A stretch of DNA of 64,000 nucleotides, taken from assembly GCA_963844535.1 (NCBI GenBank), contig CAWJOP010000002.1, forward strand, positions 668-64,667, written 5' to 3'. Source of the stretch: an uncultured Gammaproteobacteria bacterium (GTDB lineage Bacteria; Pseudomonadota; Gammaproteobacteria; CAWJOP01). The notes beneath the pieces were generated by a model, which saw only the letters and a list, made by a program, of their open reading frames with translations, had not been told where the DNA came from and searched no databases. This document shows, one piece after another, positions 55,971-64,000 of the stretch; position 1 is the first letter of the stretch, and each line of letters opens with the position of its first letter. The position numbers and the translations under genes were made by a program.

Positions 55971-57407
55971 TTAGTTAAATAAATCTTTAATCATCGATTG
56001 CCCCTGCCAATTACGCATGAATCGTTCGTTATCTTTTTGTGCGCGCGATTTAAAATAAAAATTGGTTTGATAAAACTGCACAGCGTCTAAATCTATTAAC
56101 CAAACACCTTGTTGATTAATCAGAATATTGCTGGCTTTTAAGTCACCGTGATAAATTTTTTTCTTTACTAGATCGCGCAGAATGTTCATGATTTTTTGCG
56201 CTATTTTATAACCTTGAGTTAAATCAACATGATGAGGCTTAAAGTATTCGCTAGCTGTTACGCCAGGCATATATTCAGAAACAAAATAACAAACTCCACG
56301 AAATACTCCCCATCGATCTTCAATCATAGCAACTGGGTTGGGTGTGGGAATATCTCTCAATAACAGTCGGTGCGCGTTTTCCCAACATTTTTTCGCGCGG
56401 GTTTTGGTTAATAATCGCTTTAAGCGATGCCAAAAATTTTTGATATTATATCGTTTGACTAAAAATTGATGTTGAGAGATTCGTATAACCCCTACCGTAG
56501 TTGTCCAATCATGTTTGATGATTTGCATATTTGGGGACGAAAATAGATATTCAGGTGACTTAATTAAAGCTAAAAGCTCATCAGTTAAATATTTACGATT
56601 GCAAATCCAAAATCGCTCAGCAGTTTTCTCAGCAGCAAATTCAGCTGATGAATCAAATAATTTTTTACGAAAAATTTTTTCGAGTTTTTTTTGCCAATAG
56701 CTTTCTTGTTTATTGATATAATTTAATAATTTAGGCTCAAGCGCTAAGCCACGTAACTGAAAATACCAAGTAATAGCTTCGGTTTTTAATTTAGCTTCTA
56801 TTAAATTAGTCTGTGTAAAGAGTTTGGCTAATAAAGTTAAACTTTTTTTGATTGAAAGCGGTTTTTTTTGTAGACGAATGCTACCAGTATCAATATTGTA
56901 TAGCGTATTATTTGCTAATAAGAAGTTTTTTAAGCGTAAATCGGTTTGAATAATCCCTGTTTGGTGCTGTCTGGCAATTGTAGTGATTAATGGTCTTAAT
57001 AATGCTAGTCGCTCAAGTGAGAGGGTGGATGTTTGTAAGCAAGTGTTAAATTCAGTAGCTCCATTTAGCTGTTCAAATAAAATAATAAAAGCAGCGGATT
57101 TTTTTAAGTGTCCGGCGTAAACGACCACTGGGGTCTTGATACGTGCAGCTAATAATGCTTTTGTGCCACGTAGTTCTCGATTAAATTCAAGCCATCCACT
57201 TAGCGGAGCTAGGAAAATTTTCGCAAAAACAGGCTTTTGTTGCCAAAGGCCGGCAATAATCAAGCATCTTCCAGGAACAGCATGTAGGAGTTTTTGACAG
57301 CGTAGAAAACCGTTTTCAACAGAAAGGTCGAATGGAAATGGGTTTTCTAGCATGAGGTTTTTCCGAGCGCTGAACAAAGAAGTTAATAATTTGTTAATAT
57401 TACTCAT
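55971..57407 (-). CDS. Two-domain protein-kinase-like protein (Kdo/LPS-kinase or RIO-like fold): degenerate N-terminal copy plus a C-terminal copy with an intact catalytic loop
   Basis: The C-terminal half has YHGDLKASNILINQQGVWLIDLDAV (HGD catalytic loop, DLD metal-binding). The N-terminal half has the degenerate counterpart IQTDLRLKNFLLANNTLYNIDTGSI. Confidence 0.55.
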   Translation of the reverse strand: MSNINKLLTSLFSARKNLMLENPFPFDLSVENGFLRCQKLLHAVPGRCLIIAGLWQQKPVFAKIFLAPLSGWLEFNRELRGTKALLAARIKTPVVVYAGHLKKSAAFIILFEQLNGATEFNTCLQTSTLSLERLALLRPLITTIARQHQTGIIQTDLRLKNFLLANNTLYNIDTGSIRLQKKPLSIKKSLTLLAKLFTQTNLIEAKLKTEAITWYFQLRGLALEPKLLNYINKQESYWQKKLEKIFRKKLFDSSAEFAAEKTAERFWICNRKYLTDELLALIKSPEYLFSSPNMQIIKHDWTTTVGVIRISQHQFLVKRYNIKNFWHRLKRLLTKTRAKKCWENAHRLLLRDIPTPNPVAMIEDRWGVFRGVCYFVSEYMPGVTASEYFKPHHVDLTQGYKIAQKIMNILRDLVKKKIYHGDLKASNILINQQGVWLIDLDAVQFYQTNFYFKSRAQKDNERFMRNWQGQSMIKDLFN

Positions 57408-57487
57408 CTATACTCTATAAGTGAAGGCGCGATATACCTCGAGGTATGGGCGCGAAGTAAATGTATTTTGGTACAGGGGAACTATAA

Positions 57488-60400
57488 ATGGCTACAACTG
57501 GCGGATTTGGTAGATTAAATAAGACATTTAATGAAGCAGTATTAGGTGCTATTGGTTATAAACAGGAGGGAGAAAACTGGGTAATAAAGGATGCGGGCCA
57601 ATCAGCAGATAAATTAGCGCTGAGGGAAGAACTGAAAAGACAGAATACCCTTACTAATACACAAATAGACCAACTAGCAGACCAGGATAATAAAGCGCGC
57701 AAAGACATTATGGATTTGCTTAAAAAAGAGGTGCCTAGCGCGGGTGATATAGATAGACTTAAAGACCAGTTTGAAAATCATCATAAAGCACTTAAGGCGC
57801 AGCTTAACAATTTGCATGAACAACAGTATGAGCAATTTGAATTAGCGCTCGAAAACAGTGTTTTTTCTTTGAAGGAGCGCCGTGACTTTCTTATCCAAGT
57901 TAAGGGCGCCCAGCAAGCGCAACTTGTTGGGCTCGACAATCGTGCAAAATATGATCAACAACGACTAGACTCCCTTAATCTAGAGACAATGGCAGAGCAT
58001 CGCGATCAAAAGTTTTCTGCCTATGTGCTTAATCTTGCTCAAGAAAAAGAAGAAGCAATCGGTAAATACTATCGCCCTTCAATTTTTTCCACTTTAAAGC
58101 AACTCGCGGGGAAAGCGGGTCCGGGATACGATGAAGTAGGCGAAGTCGAGAGGGAGCGGGCCAGCGGCTTTTCCGCTGCAGAGGATTTGAAATGGGATAC
58201 AGACAAGCAGCAATGGCGAGCCAAAAAAGTCTGGGAAGAAGAACAAAAAAAACAAGCGACAACCGTTGGTGTCAGAAAAGGGGGTGAACGCGAGTGGGGA
58301 AAAGATTGGGTACCTCTTGAAGAAGATGCTGATTACTTGCTCAATAGAAAAGAGATCAAATTAACTGATTTACCTTCCGCGGGGATAATGAAACACATTG
58401 GGCCAGTAAAGCTTTTGGAAAAATTTACTCCTTTGCTCGACGAGCCTAGTTTAAAGATACAACTTGGTCAACGTGTTGACGAAAATAAGAAGAAAGGAAT
58501 TCCAGCCACAGATGACGCCATTCTTTGTTCGGTTGCACGCGCTACTAGCCCGGAACAAAAAATAGTAGTGATTCAAACGCTTATGCACACCGCAAGAGCC
58601 AAAGGTTGGTCTAGTGTTGAGATAGGCTATGACATACCAGAGAGTTTGCAGAACGAAGCTTATCTTGCTGCGCGCAGAGTGGGGTATAAAGACAAGGATA
58701 TTCTTGTTCGTGGCAAGCCTATGCTGGTTGATGATGAGCTTAAGGCAAAAGGAAACTCTGCTAGAGCTTTAATAGAAGATGCTTTTCCTCTACAAACACC
58801 TCAACCTGACTCTAATATAAACGCAGTTATTCTGAAATTGACAGGTACTATTCCCTATGATCTTAATTTAAATCCAACCAAATTCTTTACGCTAACGTCG
58901 GAACAGCAGAAGCAATTATTTCAAAAAGCCAATATAGATCAGCAAGCAACAATTATTGCCGATTGTGCATTTGATCAAAAGTTGCTCGATAAACCAGAGC
59001 GCGAAGAAAATTACATGAACTTTGTAATTCCACCTCAAGGGATAACTGATACACAGAAAGAAATATTATTTAAGCAATTGTTGGATGCGGTTGCAGTTGC
59101 AAACAAAAATCCTGATCGTGCTTTTGAGATATTTAATAATAAAGTTCCGGACCCTATTAAACAGGGGGTATTTGATAGGTTAGAGCCCGAAACCGCTGCT
59201 AAATTATTGATGCGATTGCCTTTAGCGCAAGCACGAACATTTTTTCATAATATTCACAAGCCAAATATGTCACCTGATAAGACAGTTGAGGCATTAAATA
59301 AGCAAATAAAGATATTGGAAGCTCCAGGGTTACCCAATGAAATGATCTACCATTTATATCGTGAAATTCCAAGAGATCTAAGAGAAAATGCATTAAAAAA
59401 TTTAGTAACAACCCCAAATGGTGTAGGGGTAGCCAGTGTGATTGTTGCGCAGTTGTTTCTTAATGGGAAGCCTGATTGGGCGATTCAACGGTTGCTGGAG
59501 ATGATAGAGAATCTACCGGATCCGCAAAAACGTAATGTTATTGATAAAGTGTATGAAGCTTTGCCGAAAGCCTCACGAGTAAGAGTTTGGAATAATATAA
59601 ACTTTGTTGATGCTCTTTTAAACTATGAAACAGAGCACCCTGGTTCAACCTCAGATATACGAGCTATGTATTTAGCAAGACATAGTTTAGTAGCAAGACA
59701 TAGTTTAGGTTTTCCAGGTCCAGAACAACTGAATAGCAGGGAAAAACAGAGTGATGCGAAAATTGCAGAACAGATTGATCTGCTTACAGACGCTCAGGCT
59801 GACCAGCAAAGAGCAGGCGCGGAATTTCTTTATAGTAGAGCAGGAGTGGATTCTACTGAAATTGCCGCCAAATTATTGCAGTCTGCTTCTGCTGTGCTAG
59901 CAAAGCAATTATTTACATTAGTTGGATATGCCAGGGAAAATAGCCCGCAAGATCAAGATCGAGTGCGACTCAATGGAATTGTAAATCACTTAGGCCCTAA
60001 TGTTGTCGGGAAAGTGTTAGTAGAGTGGCTTAATGTTCGTGAAGGTGTTGGTGGTGCAACTAGGGCAGCAGAACAGAACGCTAAGGCGGCAGCAGAGAAA
60101 CTCGTTGGGCTCTTATATCAACGAGAAAACTATGAACTTTTGGCCAATGTCTTACAAGTTTGCTTTAACCATGGAAAAATGCCAAGGTTGCCAGATGCGC
60201 TCATTAATCCTCAAGACCCTGCTGAAATCGGGGAATTGGTCAAGCTATTGTCTCATATAAAACAGCCGGAATTTACTAAAGGATTGTTGGGTCAAAAAGA
60301 TGGCCCATCGTTAGTTAATATTTTGCAGGCAATAACTAATCCGGAAGAAAAGATAAAAATATTTCAGCATTTGCCAACCGACCTAGACAACAACAAGCAA

Positions 60401-61162
60401 GAGGCAGTGTATAATGAATATTCAAAGAACTTCACTGATGATAATTTAAAACAGCAAAGAACGTTTTTTGCGTACCTTCCCCTAGATAAGCAACAAGCAT
60501 ATATTACTAACTACCTTGCTCAGATTATGCGAGCAAATGATCCTGTGAGAAGTCCTGCTGCTGCTGCAAATCAAGCCGTTGCTTGCCTAAATAATGCTTA
60601 CCTAACTGTAGAGCGACGCGGTGAATTAAGGAATGTGTTGAATAATACAGAATATCAATTAATTATTGATCGTGCCTCTAAACCTACTGCAGGGTTTTTG
60701 AAGGAGTATCTTGTGCGCACAATAGATGGAGGACCTTTAGATGCAAAGTTTCGAGATATTGTGGATTTAAGTAAACCGAAATTTCAGGGTGCACCTCAAA
60801 CACAACAAGAACGACAAGATTCGTATTTATATATTGTGGGAGAAGCGGTAGCAATGTTAAATTCAAATCAGCAGGTTTCCTTATTGGTTGGGCAAGCGCT
60901 AGCCATAGATCCGAGTGCAGCTGTAGCAGTACAGGCATCAGCGTTGGTACATTTGGTTAATAGCGGTAATCAGGATGGAGCAAAAAAATTGCTTGCAGAG
61001 ATAGTGAAGCCGACAAATGGAATAATAGCTCCGGCATTAGCAACTAAGATAACTGATCTAAGGGCAGGGTTATCTGAATCTGTAAGCAAAGCATTGCAGC
61101 AACTGATTGCAGCCCCCCCTGCGCCAGCAGCAGCACCACCAGCAGCACAAAATCAGGTATAA
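57488..61162 (+). CDS. Large hypothetical protein (1224 aa): coiled-coil-rich N-terminus and Pro/Ala-rich C-terminal tail (candidate secreted effector)
   Basis: No recognisable enzymatic motifs. The N-terminal ~250 aa are heptad-rich. An in-frame 18-bp tandem duplication at ~59684-59719 encodes ARHSLV-ARHSLG. The tail reads ...LIAAPPAPAAAPPAAQNQV. Confidence 0.5.
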   Translation: MATTGGFGRLNKTFNEAVLGAIGYKQEGENWVIKDAGQSADKLALREELKRQNTLTNTQIDQLADQDNKARKDIMDLLKKEVPSAGDIDRLKDQFENHHKALKAQLNNLHEQQYEQFELALENSVFSLKERRDFLIQVKGAQQAQLVGLDNRAKYDQQRLDSLNLETMAEHRDQKFSAYVLNLAQEKEEAIGKYYRPSIFSTLKQLAGKAGPGYDEVGEVERERASGFSAAEDLKWDTDKQQWRAKKVWEEEQKKQATTVGVRKGGEREWGKDWVPLEEDADYLLNRKEIKLTDLPSAGIMKHIGPVKLLEKFTPLLDEPSLKIQLGQRVDENKKKGIPATDDAILCSVARATSPEQKIVVIQTLMHTARAKGWSSVEIGYDIPESLQNEAYLAARRVGYKDKDILVRGKPMLVDDELKAKGNSARALIEDAFPLQTPQPDSNINAVILKLTGTIPYDLNLNPTKFFTLTSEQQKQLFQKANIDQQATIIADCAFDQKLLDKPEREENYMNFVIPPQGITDTQKEILFKQLLDAVAVANKNPDRAFEIFNNKVPDPIKQGVFDRLEPETAAKLLMRLPLAQARTFFHNIHKPNMSPDKTVEALNKQIKILEAPGLPNEMIYHLYREIPRDLRENALKNLVTTPNGVGVASVIVAQLFLNGKPDWAIQRLLEMIENLPDPQKRNVIDKVYEALPKASRVRVWNNINFVDALLNYETEHPGSTSDIRAMYLARHSLVARHSLGFPGPEQLNSREKQSDAKIAEQIDLLTDAQADQQRAGAEFLYSRAGVDSTEIAAKLLQSASAVLAKQLFTLVGYARENSPQDQDRVRLNGIVNHLGPNVVGKVLVEWLNVREGVGGATRAAEQNAKAAAEKLVGLLYQRENYELLANVLQVCFNHGKMPRLPDALINPQDPAEIGELVKLLSHIKQPEFTKGLLGQKDGPSLVNILQAITNPEEKIKIFQHLPTDLDNNKQEAVYNEYSKNFTDDNLKQQRTFFAYLPLDKQQAYITNYLAQIMRANDPVRSPAAAANQAVACLNNAYLTVERRGELRNVLNNTEYQLIIDRASKPTAGFLKEYLVRTIDGGPLDAKFRDIVDLSKPKFQGAPQTQQERQDSYLYIVGEAVAMLNSNQQVSLLVGQALAIDPSAAVAVQASALVHLVNSGNQDGAKKLLAEIVKPTNGIIAPALATKITDLRAGLSESVSKALQQLIAAPPAPAAAPPAAQNQV

Positions 61163-61173
61163 ACTGATCTTTG

Positions 61174-61287
61174 CCTACGTGCCGCACTACAATACCTGCG
61201 TGCTGCACTACGATGCCTACGTGCCACACTGCAATGCCTACGTGCCACACTGCAATGCCTACGTGCCGCGGCTTGTCCGCGGCATCC
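61174..61287. repeat. Four tandem 21-bp repeats (CCTACGTGCC(A/G)CACT(A/G)CAATG) running into a REP-like palindrome CCTACGTGCCGCGGCTTGTCCGCGGCATCC
   Basis: Units at 61174, 61195, 61216 and 61237. The palindrome is at 61258..61287. An inverted partner lies at 61386..61440. The array starts 12 bp after the stop of the 1224-aa gene and ~220 bp upstream of gyrB. Confidence 0.65.
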
Positions 61288-61385
61288 AATTGAAGGAAGC
61301 AGAATACACTCATAAATTGCGAAGCTAAATTCACAATGAGTGACTCGTATGAAGAGCTTCGCTGTTAATTCACGATTGATGACTA

Positions 61386-61414
61386 GATGCCGCGGACAAG
61401 CCGCGGCACGTAGG
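61386..61414. repeat. REP-like palindrome, inverted copy (GATGCCGCGGACAAGCCGCGGCACGTAGG)
   Basis: Reverse complement of the palindrome at 61258..61287. Followed by TATTGTAATGCGACGCATAGGCAGTG, which is the inverse of a 21-bp unit. Confidence 0.55.
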
Positions 61415-61502
61415 TATTGTAATGCGACGCATAGGCAGTGAGTCAACGAAAACTTCGCAAAATACAGTGCAATCAGTGTATAATATCTACTCATTAAATT
61501 AG

Positions 61503-63932
<2,430 letters not shown>

Positions 63933-64000
63933 CTTTGGACAGCCCTGATGAACCAAGCTACTTTTATTCAACAGTTGCTGATTTGGATCATTCCTCTTTT

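Noticed and set aside
61174-61287. Possible CRISPR array
   Set aside because: The 21-bp units are directly adjacent with no unique spacers. No cas genes are present. This is a tandem repeat, not a CRISPR.
61044-61494. Three overlapping ORFs (96, 73 and 113 aa) with repetitive translations (HVGIAVWHVGIAVW…, ARRHCSVARRHCS…)
   Set aside because: They arise solely from the 21-bp tandem repeats and palindromes upstream of gyrB. They read through on both strands, have no start context, and overlap one another.

Overview
This 64-kb window reads as a low-GC (~38%) Legionellales-like chromosomal region.

**Core genes.** The replication-associated genes dnaN (3' end), recF and gyrB are present. recF and gyrB are separated by ~60 kb of inserted or rearranged DNA. 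That interval carries a large Dot/Icm type IVB secretion cluster, icmN-M-L-K-E-G-C-D-J-B at 9.1-19.5 kb. An icmQ gene plus a hypervariable IcmR-like partner lie ~6 kb away at 1.6-2.6 kb, separated from the cluster by housekeeping genes (dapF, minDE, hppD, accD). Other housekeeping genes are proC, yggS, ileS-lspA, aroE, rpsP-rimM-trmD, an RND efflux operon, nhaA, speA, a truncated dcw cluster (murE-murF-mraY-[insert]-murD-ftsW), rpiA, mlaA and pgpA.

**Accessory content.**
- A three-gene minus-strand cassette at 39.4-41.3 kb (TIGR04255-like protein, coiled-coil protein, HNH nuclease). This is the best candidate for an undescribed defence or toxin system.
- A NYN-nuclease gene inserted into the dcw cluster behind a strong terminator.
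- Candidate effectors: an ankyrin-repeat protein, a SET-domain protein, a two-domain kinase-like protein and a 1224-aa coiled-coil protein with a Pro/Ala-rich tail.
- Several families of structured repeats: a ~140-bp MITE-like element in two copies, a 533-bp foldback element with 161-bp arms, REP-like GC palindromes in three copies, and 21-bp tandem repeats upstream of gyrB.

icmK appears frameshifted at a C4 run. No rRNA or CRISPR was seen, and no tRNA could be confidently identified by eye.
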